This document shows, piece by piece, positions 16,780 to 28,620 of a DNA stretch of 53,639 nucleotides (position 1 is the first letter of the stretch; every line of letters starts with the position of its first letter). The notes beneath the pieces are model-generated. The model saw only the letters and a list, made by a program, of their open reading frames with translations. It was not told the DNA's origin and searched no databases. Position numbers and translations under genes: made by a program. This DNA comes from a virus (taxonomy: Duplodnaviria > Caudoviricetes): IMG/VR virus record IMGVR_UViG_3300025723_000054, positions 1-53,639 of that record. One strand, 5' to 3'.

Positions 16780-17054
16780 AATGATTAATTGGAAAGAAGA
16801 AAGAGCAATTAAAAATTATTGTGGTTATTGTGATGGTATGCCACCAAGTTCACCATGTAATGGTCATTGTTTTACTGGTGTAAAAGACGCTGAAAAGAAT
16901 AGAGTTGACCATGTGTTAACAATGCTTAAAAAGATACCAGAACAAATCGAAGAGCTACAAAAAAAGGAACAAGAGTATAAAGATGCATTATCAGCTTAAT
17001 ATTTTTGGTTGGTAATCTTTTTATTCGTATATTTGCAATCTAAAAATAATACAA

Positions 17055-17618
17055 ATGACACATAAAATTGCCCATCAATTGGGAATTAAACTTTCTGGTA
17101 ATGAAACATCAAGTGAAGTTGAAGAATTAATAGTTAAACAGTTAGAAACCGTTCCGTATATACCATATCCAACAGCCTTTCATACGGTGGATATAATTGC
17201 TACTCGTAGCGGTTCATATCAAAATGCTGGTCATGTAGAAGTACTTTTAGGCCGTAAACATAACGCAACTCAGTGGGTTTTTATTGGTGGATTTGTTGAA
17301 CCAACGCAAACTGCTGAGGCGGCTGCTCTTCGTGAGTTACATGAGGAAACGAATGTATTGATTGAAAATGAAGATAGAATCGAATACATCGGGTCATTAT
17401 TTATTGATGATTCTAGGTATAAAGATTCACCTCATAAGATAACAACTAGTATTTTTACTATCTTTTTAACAAGGGATGAAGCATCGCAAGCTAAAGGCGG
17501 TGACGATATTGCTGAGGTTAAATGGGTAAGACTTGATGAAATTTTACTGTTGTTAAAAGAACATCATGTACCATTATATAATAAGTTTATAAGCTGGTAT
17601 AATGAATATAATTCCTAA
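17055..17618 (+). CDS. NUDIX hydrolase (ADP-ribose pyrophosphatase-like)
   Basis: GGFVEPTQTAEAAALRELHEET Nudix box; TVD and GGDD motifs. Confidence 0.85.
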   Translation: MTHKIAHQLGIKLSGNETSSEVEELIVKQLETVPYIPYPTAFHTVDIIATRSGSYQNAGHVEVLLGRKHNATQWVFIGGFVEPTQTAEAAALRELHEETNVLIENEDRIEYIGSLFIDDSRYKDSPHKITTSIFTIFLTRDEASQAKGGDDIAEVKWVRLDEILLLLKEHHVPLYNKFISWYNEYNS

Positions 17619-19482
17619 TTTAATCTTCAATGTTTAAATATATATTTTTATTTGGTTTAATACTTTTTTGTTTCTATCTTGTAATTGTTGGTACCAGTAG
17701 TGCTAAAGATAAAGAAATAAAAATGATATGTATTAAGTCACATATTGTTACTGATAGTCAATACTCGGAACGGTACCATAATTGGAATATATATAAAACA
17801 ACAATTTGTGATTCATGTATTTATGACACAGTTAAATTTGACATACCATATGAGTAAAATAATTGAGGTTGGTGATATTGTTAAACCAACAAAAGAAAGT
17901 GGTTACACATTAAGGTGTGGTAGTGGTATGTATGGTGCTGCGGTAGTTATATCTGTAGCTCCGTTTATATTGGTTTCAGAAGAAACAGATATGCGTTGGT
18001 CAGCTACCGTTCAAATTGGTGATTTTGAAATTGTTGGAAAGACTACGAAAAAACATTTGAAAAAATGTATGCGTAGAATAAACGATTAAATATGAGCAAA
18101 GTACAAGAATATCTCGAAAAAAAACGTGTTGAAGCTTTAGGATTACCTAAGTTATGGCTTGTTAAATCACACTATAAAACTGGTGTTAACGAACCAAAAG
18201 AAGTACAGACTAAAGAAATCTATAAATCTGGTACTAGAAGTTATAATGACGGACCTTATATTGATGTCTATAAGTATAGACTAGATGGTTATCCATACGA
18301 AATTGATATTGAAGATGGTGCGAAGAGTGGAATAGACCATGGATATGGTACTGGCTTTGGTGACTTATGGTGTTGGACAAATGCATGTTTCTTTACAAAA
18401 GAAGATGCTGATGCGTTTTACATAAAAGAAAATAAACGTCTTGAAGAAAAGCCAATTAAGAATGCTATTGAAATTATGCTAAATGCTAAGCCTTATCAAG
18501 AAATTCTTGAGAAATTTGCTAGAGAAAAGTATAATGAGAAATTTAAGGACACGCCAACACCTTATAACTCATTTCATCATTACACAAGCTATGACGTTAT
18601 TGACAACAATACAATTAACGTTAATTATGTTTACGGTGCTGGTGATATGGAATTTAATGATTCATTTAAAATAAACTTAGATTAACTATGGAGATTACAT
18701 ACGAAAACATGCATAAGGGTCTTGAACATGCTGAGGTTAGGGATTTTATATCTTCTCAACTCTGTGAGGTCCAAGAAAAGATTAATAAAAATCGGCCAAA
18801 AAGGATTGAACTAGTTAATGGCGATTATATGCGTTATCGTATTGAAACACTTGAAAATGAAATTAAGGTTAAACAATATGAGCTTCAGTTAGTCAATAAT
18901 TTGAATGCATTAATTACAATCATGAAATCTTTTAATTGGAAAGATTATGACGTTTCTGACCACATCAAGTGTAAAACTGAAGTTGGTTATAGAAACTTTA
19001 TTGGAACCATTGAGGAACACGAAAATCTATTAATTTTTTAATAATGACAATACCTATTAATATTTGGGACGATTTCTATGATGATGGATATGTCCCACAA
19101 GGTAAAACCCAAAATACATACATTTATGTTGAGGAACCAGATATACCCTTAGAAAAACAAGAAGCGATACTACAAATTTTACTGGAACACTTAAAGACCA
19201 ATGTTAGGTTAGAAGGGGTTACACTTAACCTATTTTTTAATGATACATCTTTAAAATATCCTCAATTCATCGGTACTGAAAATGAGTGGATGCTTTTTAA
19301 GCGTTGGGAAATAAGAGTAGATAATTTAACGCATAAGCGTTTAGATAGCCTTGTAGGTGAGTTAAATAACGCTCATTTAGATTATGAAGGTGTGCCGTTT
19401 AGAATTTATTCCGAATCATAAAAAATAATTTTGCCAGTATCAAAAAAGGTTGTATATTTGCATCACAATAAAAATAAATTAT

Positions 19483-21147
19483 ATGAACATTAAGGATTAC
19501 AAAAAGAAAATTCACAAAGTACCTAGAATTTTAATTCCAGATGCTTACACAATTGGTTCAAACGATTTTGAATCTGAAAAAGCTAAAGAAAAATCAGTCT
19601 ATTACATTACAGCTAGGCGATTGCTCGACAAAATCAATCCTGTTCTCTACAACGAAAATGACACTCGTTATTTACTTTCACATTTTGGCCGTATTATCGA
19701 ATATATCTTCCTTGAGCCTGTTACAATGGAAGAAATTGAAGAAGCTGACAGATATTTGGAACTTGCAAAAGTTACAACTCATGGGTTAGCTAAATTCTAT
19801 TATCCAAGGGAACTTTGGGTTAGAATAGTTAATGAGTTTGGTGGTCGTATTCCAATTGAAATTAAGGCTCTTCCAGAAGGTAGTGTTTTCTACCCACACG
19901 AACCAGTTATTGAAATAAAGAATTTGGTTAAGGGCTTTGGTGTGTTTGCTGCAATGTTTGAAAGTAAGTTATTGCACATTTGGGCATCAACCGAAATGAC
20001 AACTCAATTAGAACACTGGGTTCTATACTACAAGGAATTACTTGATAACGTATATGGTGATTCTAAATCTGATGATGAGAAAGATTTCATTGCTCGTTTA
20101 ATGGTTCATAATTTTGGTGATAGGGCTGGTATCTGCCCACAAGAATCTGATTGGTTAGGTGAAACTGCTTTGCTTTCATTTGCTGGTACTGATACATTCT
20201 CTGGTGGTTATTGCGCTTGGAAAAATAGTAATGAACAAGCTGGTGTTGCTTTATCAGTTTCTGCTTTAGCGCATAGGAACGTTGAATCATACGAAACTGA
20301 GTTTGATTGCTTCAGAGCTTTGTATAACTATCTGAAAGATGGTGAAATTGGTTCATTTGTTGCTGATTGTAATGACTTCTTTAAAGCTGTATATACAGTT
20401 ACGGTTAACCCTAACGGTAGAGTGGACCCAAATTGTCTTTTAGGTCTTGCAATTGAATCAAGGACAACTGGTAATGGTAAGGTTGTTGTTGTTCGTCCTG
20501 ATAGTGGCGTTGCTGTTGACCAAGTACTTTGGTTATGTAATTTAGCAAAGAATCATGGTTTATATCGTGAAATTGTTATTGGCGATAAAACATGGTATGG
20601 TGCAACATTCCTTAAATTCATCGAAGGTGATGGTATGAAGTGGGAAACAATGAAGGAAATTAACGCTGCTTTGTTGGCTGAAGGTTTCTTACCATGGGAA
20701 TGGGGTCTTTATGGTGTTGGTGGTGGACTTCGTAACGATATTAAGCGTGACAATGGTTCATTTAAATATGCTCTTTGTGCTGTTGGTGATGAAGATTCAC
20801 CAAGAGTTAAATTCTCTGAAACTGCTGGTAAGTCTACGCTTGGTGGCCCATTCAAATTGCTTCGTGACCCAGATTCTTTAGCTAATGGTGTAACAATCGT
20901 ATTTGCACATGAGGCTGGTGTTGATGCTAGAGTTGTTTATTACGATGGTACCAAGGGTGATGAATGCTTTGGCGACATTATGGCTGAGGATAACAACGAT
21001 ATTAAATATCGTATCAAAGACCAATTGTCTTGTATGCCAAGTAGATTGATTAACGATGTACCTGCCAGCGAAGCTGTTATTAATACTCGTTTAGAGATAT
21101 TGGCTAAAAATGCTCCTGAGAAGTTAGAATTCTTCAACGCAAAATAA
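19483..21147 (+). CDS. nicotinamide phosphoribosyltransferase-like protein (NAMPT or NARP1 Namat-like)
   Basis: DAY, LPEGS, HNFGDR, SALAH, VRPDSG, EGDG and GVGGGL motifs; start moved to ATG 19483. Confidence 0.85.
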   Translation: MNIKDYKKKIHKVPRILIPDAYTIGSNDFESEKAKEKSVYYITARRLLDKINPVLYNENDTRYLLSHFGRIIEYIFLEPVTMEEIEEADRYLELAKVTTHGLAKFYYPRELWVRIVNEFGGRIPIEIKALPEGSVFYPHEPVIEIKNLVKGFGVFAAMFESKLLHIWASTEMTTQLEHWVLYYKELLDNVYGDSKSDDEKDFIARLMVHNFGDRAGICPQESDWLGETALLSFAGTDTFSGGYCAWKNSNEQAGVALSVSALAHRNVESYETEFDCFRALYNYLKDGEIGSFVADCNDFFKAVYTVTVNPNGRVDPNCLLGLAIESRTTGNGKVVVVRPDSGVAVDQVLWLCNLAKNHGLYREIVIGDKTWYGATFLKFIEGDGMKWETMKEINAALLAEGFLPWEWGLYGVGGGLRNDIKRDNGSFKYALCAVGDEDSPRVKFSETAGKSTLGGPFKLLRDPDSLANGVTIVFAHEAGVDARVVYYDGTKGDECFGDIMAEDNNDIKYRIKDQLSCMPSRLINDVPASEAVINTRLEILAKNAPEKLEFFNAK

Positions 21148-21156
21148 TTTTAAACT

Positions 21157-21196
21157 AAGGATTCTATCTAATAATGGTAGAATCCTTTAATTTTTT
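21157..21196 (+). terminator. intrinsic terminator
   Basis: AAGGATTCTATC/GGTAGAATCCTT hairpin followed by a T-rich tail. Confidence 0.65.
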
Positions 21197-21514
21197 GATG
21201 GTATTTAAATAACTAAATTATGAGTGAGATAAACATTTCATTAGATTGCGACAGCATATCTATAAATCCCTCTTCACATAGAAGAATTTCTGTAAACCTT
21301 GATAGTGTTGACGAAAGCGATGTATTAAATCATTTCAAACTAAAAGATGTTATAGCACATTTTGGTATCGCTGAGGTACTGGATGAAATTGGTGTTGATG
21401 AAGCTAAAGACCATTTTGATTTGGTCGAGGAATCTGAACAAAGTGATGGTGATTAAATTAATTTTTTGTTAGTTTCATTTATTTCTCGTATATTTGCGTA
21501 AACAATTTTAAAAC

Positions 21515-22498
21515 ATGGTAAAGATAGCTAGTTGTTCTTCAACAAAGTATTTGTTAGATAAGTTCGTTAATCCTGAACTTGTTGGTTATAAAGTAGAACT
21601 TGAGACTAAGAAATTCTCAGATGGTGAAATGGCCGTTCAATATTTAGAATCAATCCGTGGTCGTGACCTATTTCTTCTGGCCGACACTTCGCAAAATTTA
21701 ACTGAGCTATTATTAGCCCTTGATGGTGCTATCAGAAGTTCCGCTAAATCAATAACTGTTATATTACCATACTATGGTTATGGTCGTCAAGACAAAAAAG
21801 ATGGGCATAGAGGTTCATTAGGTGCCTCAGTTATGGCACATGCTTTACAATCATTTGGTGTTAACCGTGTTGTTTCAATTGACCTTCACGCCGACCAAAT
21901 TCAAGGGATGTTTCATATTCCATTAGAACATATTAAAGGTCACAGCGTATTCATTGATTTTGTTCAAAACAATATTGACCTAAGTAATGTAATATTGTGT
22001 TCACCAGATGCTGGTGGTGTTCATAGGGTTCAAAAATACGGTACCAAGTTGAACTTACCAATGGTCTCTATTAATAAGAGAAGAGATAAACCAAACTCAA
22101 TAGCTTCAATGGAGCTTATTGGTTCGGTTAAGGGTAAGAATGTTATGATTATTGACGATATGGTTGATACTTGTGGTACTCTTAAAAAAGCTGTTAGTTA
22201 CTTGAAAGCTGAAGGTGCATTAAAGGTTTACTACATTGCTACGCACCCAGTATTAAGCGGTGAAGCATTTACAAACTTAGTATCATCAGAATTAGATGAA
22301 TTAATTATTAGCGATACGGTTCTTGTTGATGATATTGAGGGTAGTTTAGATTATGCTAAAATATTTCTTCAATACGAAAGTGATGATTTTGTATCTAATA
22401 ATTTAAAAGTTCATCAAGTATCTTGTGTTCCAGTATTGGAAAAGGTTATTATCAACTTGATAAATGATGAATCAATTTCTGAATTAAATAATCTATAA
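21515..22498 (+). CDS. prs: ribose-phosphate pyrophosphokinase-like protein (PRS or NARP1 Adps-like)
   Basis: FSDGE, PYYGYGRQDK, DLHADQIQG, SPDAGG, KRR and IIDDMVDTCGT motifs. Confidence 0.9.
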   Translation: MVKIASCSSTKYLLDKFVNPELVGYKVELETKKFSDGEMAVQYLESIRGRDLFLLADTSQNLTELLLALDGAIRSSAKSITVILPYYGYGRQDKKDGHRGSLGASVMAHALQSFGVNRVVSIDLHADQIQGMFHIPLEHIKGHSVFIDFVQNNIDLSNVILCSPDAGGVHRVQKYGTKLNLPMVSINKRRDKPNSIASMELIGSVKGKNVMIIDDMVDTCGTLKKAVSYLKAEGALKVYYIATHPVLSGEAFTNLVSSELDELIISDTVLVDDIEGSLDYAKIFLQYESDDFVSNNLKVHQVSCVPVLEKVIINLINDESISELNNL

Positions 22499-22885
22499 AA
22501 TGAATTGGGGACAATTAAAAAAGAAAATTAATAGTCTTTCAGAAGAAGACTTAAAAAAAGATGTAATCTTTATTGCTGAAGATAAGTCTTTTAGTGGGGT
22601 TGTTCATAGAGCGATAAAGGCTAAAACTAATTTATTTTACGCTTATGATGATGACCCAGCTTGGTTGATGACAAAAACTGAATTAAAGGAACGTGGATTT
22701 ATTGAAGAAGAATTAAATCAAATTGAAGTTTACGTTTCAAAAGGTGACTTATTTCTTGAAGTAACAAATTAAATAATCTTTAGAGGATAAAGCGACAGTG
22801 CTTAGTATACCCAGTGGTTGGCTCACATAAAATGAATCGTAGAAAAGCGAGGTGCTAGACCACCGTTCCTTTTAAAATATAAATT

Positions 22886-23404
22886 ATGGCAAACCCAATT
22901 ATACATGCCGAGAGTTCGGTAAAACAATGGGGTGGTAAGATAGAAGACTATTTACCACTTCACGAGAAAATGGATTGTTCTAAGTCTTGGATTAGCGATA
23001 ATCGCCATCGAGTACTTACGCATACTATGTTTTGGATTAAAGAAGTGATGATACCAATATTTGGTTCATATATTACCATTGAGAATGATAAGAAAGTATC
23101 CGTTAAAGATATTTGTGAGCGTCATATCTTGGAAGACTTTAAAATGAAGTTTATACCAACACCTCAAGACTTTATTCAAGAAATGGATTTTAAGCCTTGG
23201 ATGCAGAATGGTAATGGCGTATGCCCATCAGCTGCTAAACTTTATAAGGATATTTTACCACCTCAAGAAACAGGTAATGGTATTTTAAAAGAAAAGTCTT
23301 TGGAAGAGAAAGAAACACCAAGAAGAGTAATACCACAAGTTGGTAAGATTTTAGATGGTAGGCGTAGAGGTGGTGAGGATTACAGTAGAAAAATATTAGA
23401 TTAA
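22886..23404 (+). CDS. DUF6915-like protein
   Basis: MANPIIHAESS..WGG..EDY..H..D.SK....HR...H pattern. Confidence 0.6.
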   Translation: MANPIIHAESSVKQWGGKIEDYLPLHEKMDCSKSWISDNRHRVLTHTMFWIKEVMIPIFGSYITIENDKKVSVKDICERHILEDFKMKFIPTPQDFIQEMDFKPWMQNGNGVCPSAAKLYKDILPPQETGNGILKEKSLEEKETPRRVIPQVGKILDGRRRGGEDYSRKILD

Positions 23405-24356
23405 ATATGACTTTATTAGAAAAATTCTCTAACGAGAACATCAAAAAAGAAATTATTTCCCGAATTGAAACAGAATTTGGAAAAGAACATGGGGTAAAAA
23501 TAGCCCTATTTAAAGCTATCAGTGAGTATAATGATGAGGTTAATAATTATGACCCAATTCTTATATTAATTGGTAAGGATTACAATGAAATTGAGCATAA
23601 AATAAGACTTAACGGGTTATATCCAACTCAAGATGAGCAGTATAACGCCTATGAAGAGCTAAATGATTTGCTTTATGTTAATGACGTTACAATAAATTTC
23701 TAATGGCTAAAGTAGAAGTAGAAAAAATTGTTGATGCTGGCGAAATTGATTTATGTTTCTATGCAGTAATGAGCAAGGATGGTAAATGGTTTCGCAGTAA
23801 AGGTTATAATGGTGGTGGTGATTCTTGGGTAGATAACGTTGGTAAAGCTAAGTTATATACTAAAGTTGGCCCAGCTAAAGCTGTTATCACATGGTGGTCA
23901 AAACACTACCCAAATTTTGGTACACCTGATTTGGTGCGCATCATTGCAACTAGCTATGAAGTAATAGACCAAAATGCAAGAGTTCAAAAGAAAATTGAGG
24001 ACGATAAGATTAAAGAAATTAATCGTCAAATTAAAAGAGCTCAGGATGAAATTGATTATCTTTCAAACAAGAAAGATTCTGATACAAAAAAGTTAGCTGA
24101 ATTGAGAATTAAATTAGCTAAAGAGAAAAACAAATTATTGTAGTTATGAAATTTGATTGGTTTGATAGAATATACGCTTTTATATATGCCTTATCCACAT
24201 CAGTAATGGTATCTATAGCTATTAATGGTATCTTCAAGATAAATGGTGGCGAAAAAGCATTATTGATTGAGTGTGGCATGTTTATTTTTTTCTTGATTGT
24301 AATAGTCTTTAAAATTAAACTGGAAAAAATAGAAGAACAAGTTAAAACTAAAAAGG

Positions 24357-25073
24357 ATGAATAAAAAGAAAAAGGTAATCGGACTTTCGTTCTCTGGTGG
24401 TCTTGATTCAACATACTTACTATGGAAAAATCTTGAATTAGGTAACATAGTTATGTGTATTTACACAAATATTAAAAATAATGAAGTTAAAACATTAGCG
24501 GAAAAAAAGTCCGTTAAAGCAATCATTAAAAAATTTCAAGAGAAATATGGTTATAATCAAGTTCAATTAATAGAAAATTCAATTGAAATTGGTGGACATT
24601 CATGTGTAATTTTTAACCAAGTTCCAATACATTTATTCTCAATACAATATTCGAACATAAATATTGAGGAATTTCAGATTGGCTATTGTATGAATGACGA
24701 TGCAATTTCGTATATGAATGAAATTAAAAAAGCTTGGGCTAGTTATAAACCATTTTTTGATAACAAACAACCAAAGTTAACATTCCCGTTAAGTAAAGTA
24801 CATAAGAAAATCATGCTTAATGAGTTACCACATGATGTAGCTGAATTAGTTTTTTCATGTGAAATGCCTAGGCAGGTAGATACAAATGATTTTCAAATAT
24901 GTGGGCATTGTGACCCATGTAAAAAGTATTCAAACATGGGTGGTTATTATGATTTAGCTAATCTTTTTTATAAAAGAGGTAACACTAAATCATTATTGTC
25001 CTTGAAATCCTCTGATGAGGAACTAGATGGTGAATTAGAATTTTCAGAAGATAAAAATAAAGTAAATGGATAG
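24357..25073 (+). CDS. QueC-like PP-loop ATPase
   Basis: SFSGGLDS; C-terminal SC...CGHCDPC Zn site. Confidence 0.75.
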   Translation: MNKKKKVIGLSFSGGLDSTYLLWKNLELGNIVMCIYTNIKNNEVKTLAEKKSVKAIIKKFQEKYGYNQVQLIENSIEIGGHSCVIFNQVPIHLFSIQYSNINIEEFQIGYCMNDDAISYMNEIKKAWASYKPFFDNKQPKLTFPLSKVHKKIMLNELPHDVAELVFSCEMPRQVDTNDFQICGHCDPCKKYSNMGGYYDLANLFYKRGNTKSLLSLKSSDEELDGELEFSEDKNKVNG

Positions 25074-25536
25074 TTTAATATTTAAACCGCCAATGAATAT
25101 CGCTAAGAGAGATATGACAAAAAAGTATGTCTTCCTAGCTGGTAGTATAGAAATGGGTAAGGCTGAAGACTGGCAAGCCGAAATGACCGAGTTCTTCAAT
25201 TTACATGATTGGGGTGTATTCAATCCTAGACGTGATGATTGGGACCCAACATGGGTTCAAGACTTCGAGAATCCTCAATTTGCTCAGCAAGTTAATTGGG
25301 AATTAAATGGGTTAGATAACGCCGATTTAATATTAATGAATTTTGTACCAAATACAATATCGCCAATATCACTTTATGAATTTGGTAGGTATTCAACTAG
25401 TGGTAAAATGTCAGTCGTTTGTCCAGCTGGATATTTCAGAAAGGGTAATGTTGAAATTGGTTGTCATAAAGATAATCTACCATTATTTGAAAGTCTTAAA
25501 GATTACAAAAAATATTTTGTTTCAATAACAAAATAA
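25066..25536 (+). CDS. nucleoside 2-deoxyribosyltransferase-like protein
   Basis: VFLAGSIEMG, NPRRDDW, QVNWEL and SPISLYEFG motifs. Confidence 0.8.
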   Translation: MDSLIFKPPMNIAKRDMTKKYVFLAGSIEMGKAEDWQAEMTEFFNLHDWGVFNPRRDDWDPTWVQDFENPQFAQQVNWELNGLDNADLILMNFVPNTISPISLYEFGRYSTSGKMSVVCPAGYFRKGNVEIGCHKDNLPLFESLKDYKKYFVSITK

Positions 25537-25967
25537 TCCGTATATTTGCATCAAATAAAAGTTAGTTATGAAAGTTTATGTTGTTAAAGTCATTTCAGGT
25601 GCGCATAGTTCCTCAACTGAAACAATCATAGCAGATAAATTAGTAACCTCAAAAGGTTGTCATTTTTTCTATGTTGATGGTGAAATTTCATGTATTTTTC
25701 CAGTTGAAAGAACAGTTATTAGCTCAATTACATCAAATAAAAGTTAGTAATGGATAATATAATTGGCGAAGTTTTTGTTAGATTGATAAAATTATTATTA
25801 GTTATAGTAGTTATAGGTTTTGTATGCATTGGATGGTTAGTATATAATGTTGCAACAAATGATGGTGCGATAAAATCGCAAGTTAAGCCAACTATTGATT
25901 TTGAATTAAAAGCTAATGGTAAACAAATTGATACAATTTGGATTGTTAAAGGAATAAAACATTAATA

Positions 25968-26405
25968 ATGGAAAAAATAGGTTTTTATATTGGTTCTTTC
26001 AATCCCTTTCATAAAGGACATCTTAACATCCTTTTAAAGGCTGAGCAGATTTTCGGTAAGGTAATAATTGGTCGGGGCGAGAACAAGAAAAAGGTTAATA
26101 ACCCAATCTTTCCAATGCCAAATTTTGATAAGTTTGGTGTGGGTCGTTTTGAAGTTGTTGAGTATAAAGGTTTAGTCACTAAGTTTATTGAGACGTTACC
26201 ATACGATGTTACAATCGTTAGAGGGCTTAGAAACAGTACTGACCTTCAAGTTGAAATGGAGTTGTACAATTGGTTAAAATATCTTAAACCAGATATTAAA
26301 GTTGTATCATTATTTTGTGATTCCGAATATGAATTTATAAGTAGTTCTGGTATAAGACTCTTATTGGATGAAGGTGGTGATGAAGGTAAAGATTTAATGA
26401 TATAA
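25968..26405 (+). CDS. coaD: phosphopantetheine adenylyltransferase-like protein
   Basis: GSFNPFHKGH, IVRGLRNSTD and ISSSGIR motifs. Confidence 0.8.
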   Translation: MEKIGFYIGSFNPFHKGHLNILLKAEQIFGKVIIGRGENKKKVNNPIFPMPNFDKFGVGRFEVVEYKGLVTKFIETLPYDVTIVRGLRNSTDLQVEMELYNWLKYLKPDIKVVSLFCDSEYEFISSSGIRLLLDEGGDEGKDLMI

Positions 26406-26533
26406 AATGAAAAAAAGTTGGTGGTACGGGGTCATGTGGTCTTTTTGGCTAGGGTATTGGTTAGGTAATTTAGGTTGCGATGGTTCGCAATTCTAGTTGA
26501 TTTAGAAGCTAAAGCACGAAAAAATAATAAATA

Positions 26534-27250
26534 ATGAATTATAAAGTCTACATACAATCGGTTAATAATTTTCCAATATCAGATTGGGCTGTTTCCGCAT
26601 ATCTTGGATTTAAAGAAAAACAAATGAATATTGTTTTCTTTGAAGACATTGAAGAGGTTCCAGTTTCTAAATTTAACATTGTCGTTGCTTATATTGAGGA
26701 CACGAATAAGTATTTAGCTAAGTTAGGTCTTGGACCTAAGATTGCGTTAAATATACCCGATGAACTATTGAAGTATGCTGGCCGTGAGGTTAGATATATG
26801 ACCATGGGGGAATTTAAGAAAGAAACTAAGGTTCCAATATTTGTTAAGCCAAATAGACGTAGTAAAGAATTTGTTGCTGGTGTGATACGTAAACTATCTA
26901 GTAAAACAATCTTCTTCGATGAGGTTGAAGATGATACACCTGTACTAGTATCTGAGGTTGTTGATTTTGTTTCTGAATATCGTGGTTATGTAATTAATGG
27001 TGAGTTAAAAGGTATTAAGCATTATCTTGGCGATTTTAGAGTGTTTCCTGATATGAAGGTTGTAGATGCGGCAATAGCTGATTATACAACTCAAACAGCT
27101 GGTTATTCAATTGATTTTGGTATAACTAGTGATGGACGAACATTACTTATTGAATGTAATGATGGGTGGTCATTGGGTAATTATGGTCTTGATGATACAA
27201 CCTATTCAACGTTATTAACTAAGCGTTGGTTGGAAATGATGAAAGAGTAA
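26534..27250 (+). CDS. ATP-grasp protein (DUF4343-like)
   Basis: FVKP, SEYR, IDFG and LIECNDGWSLG motifs. Confidence 0.8.
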   Translation: MNYKVYIQSVNNFPISDWAVSAYLGFKEKQMNIVFFEDIEEVPVSKFNIVVAYIEDTNKYLAKLGLGPKIALNIPDELLKYAGREVRYMTMGEFKKETKVPIFVKPNRRSKEFVAGVIRKLSSKTIFFDEVEDDTPVLVSEVVDFVSEYRGYVINGELKGIKHYLGDFRVFPDMKVVDAAIADYTTQTAGYSIDFGITSDGRTLLIECNDGWSLGNYGLDDTTYSTLLTKRWLEMMKE

Positions 27251-27279
27251 ATTATTAATTAACATAAAAAAAAACAGTT

Positions 27280-27735
27280 ATGAGTTTATTAAGTTTTGCC
27301 ATATTTGGCAGTTGGGTTTGGGCAGCAATTTTTGCTGGAGTTCTATTGATTTTGTTATTTACGTCTGAGGCGTTGGAACAAGGGTTTATCGCTCTAGTTT
27401 CATTTGTGGTGTTCTTGTTGATTAACCACTTCTGGGGTAACATTCCCGTCTTCTCGTATTTAACGTGGGTTAACATTGGGGTGTATTTAGGCTTAGGCTT
27501 TGTATTCTCGATTATTAGGGTATTCTTCTATGGTCGAAAGCAAGCAAAAACTAATAGTAAGCCTAATTTAGCTAATCTTGGTGGTAATGTTTGTCGATGG
27601 TGGTTCCTTTGGCCAGTATCAGCCTTAGTTTGGATTTTATCAGACTTGGCGAAGAATCTTTGGGATTTCATCTATCAACTATTGGGTCATGGTTTCGAGT
27701 ATATCTTGGAATTAGGGTTCAGAAGTGCTAAGTAA
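27280..27735 (+). CDS. membrane protein
   Basis: Several hydrophobic segments. Confidence 0.7.
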   Translation: MSLLSFAIFGSWVWAAIFAGVLLILLFTSEALEQGFIALVSFVVFLLINHFWGNIPVFSYLTWVNIGVYLGLGFVFSIIRVFFYGRKQAKTNSKPNLANLGGNVCRWWFLWPVSALVWILSDLAKNLWDFIYQLLGHGFEYILELGFRSAK

Positions 27736-28131
27736 TTAAAAAATAAATTTGGTGGAATGAAAATTCCACCTTATTTTTGTATTCAAGTAAGGAAATGGAA
27801 AATTTAGAACTTTGTGATTGTGGTAAGGTAGCGGTTTGGTGTTACATGCCAGGTTTTCAAGAAGGTAGTCCATATTTCTGTGATGATTGTATATCATCCC
27901 CAGATGATGCTGGTTGTTCATGTAATTGGCATTATTCTAAAAGTGGTAGACATGATGAAATAGAACTACCAGAAGGTATAGAAGGAAAAGACTTTAAGTA
28001 CATTGTTCGTGAGGATATTACAAAGGAAGATGGTATTTGGATTCACTTAGACGAAAAGGGTAGACCATACCCATGTGCTGAATATTGTTACTCTGAAGAA
28101 GGTTTTGAAAAAGATTAAAAATAATAATTAT

Positions 28132-28620
28132 ATGTTTCCTACAGAAAAAGATTTTGTAATTGGTGACCCTCAGATTGAGGAAGGGTTAAAAACTCAACCA
28201 TCATATACTCCAAATAATGAATTAATCATTCGTGAGTATAGTAATCCTAAGATTTCAGTTTGTGCTTTGATTTATGGACCTAATGGGGGTATTATTGCTG
28301 TCTCTCGTAGAGATGACCACGAAGCGTTTGGTCTTATTGGGGGTAAAGTTGATGAAGGTGAAACAGTTCTTGAAGCTCTATATCGTGAGACTTTTGAAGA
28401 AACTGGGTTAAAGATTCTTACAAATGAAAGAATTTTTCAACGAGTTGATGGAGAATACATATGTTTTACTTATCTTTGCACTGCCGAGGGTGAAATTAAT
28501 ACCGATAACGAAGTTGGCGATAAAAAAGGTGTTGTTAAAGAAGTTAGCTGGGATGTATTATTCAATGGTCCTTTTGGCGATTACAATCGTGAACTCTATA
28601 AATTTATAAACAATGAGTAA
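28132..28620 (+). CDS. NUDIX hydrolase
   Basis: GGKVDEGETVLEALYRETFEETG; start refined from the track. Confidence 0.85.
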   Translation: MFPTEKDFVIGDPQIEEGLKTQPSYTPNNELIIREYSNPKISVCALIYGPNGGIIAVSRRDDHEAFGLIGGKVDEGETVLEALYRETFEETGLKILTNERIFQRVDGEYICFTYLCTAEGEINTDNEVGDKKGVVKEVSWDVLFNGPFGDYNRELYKFINNE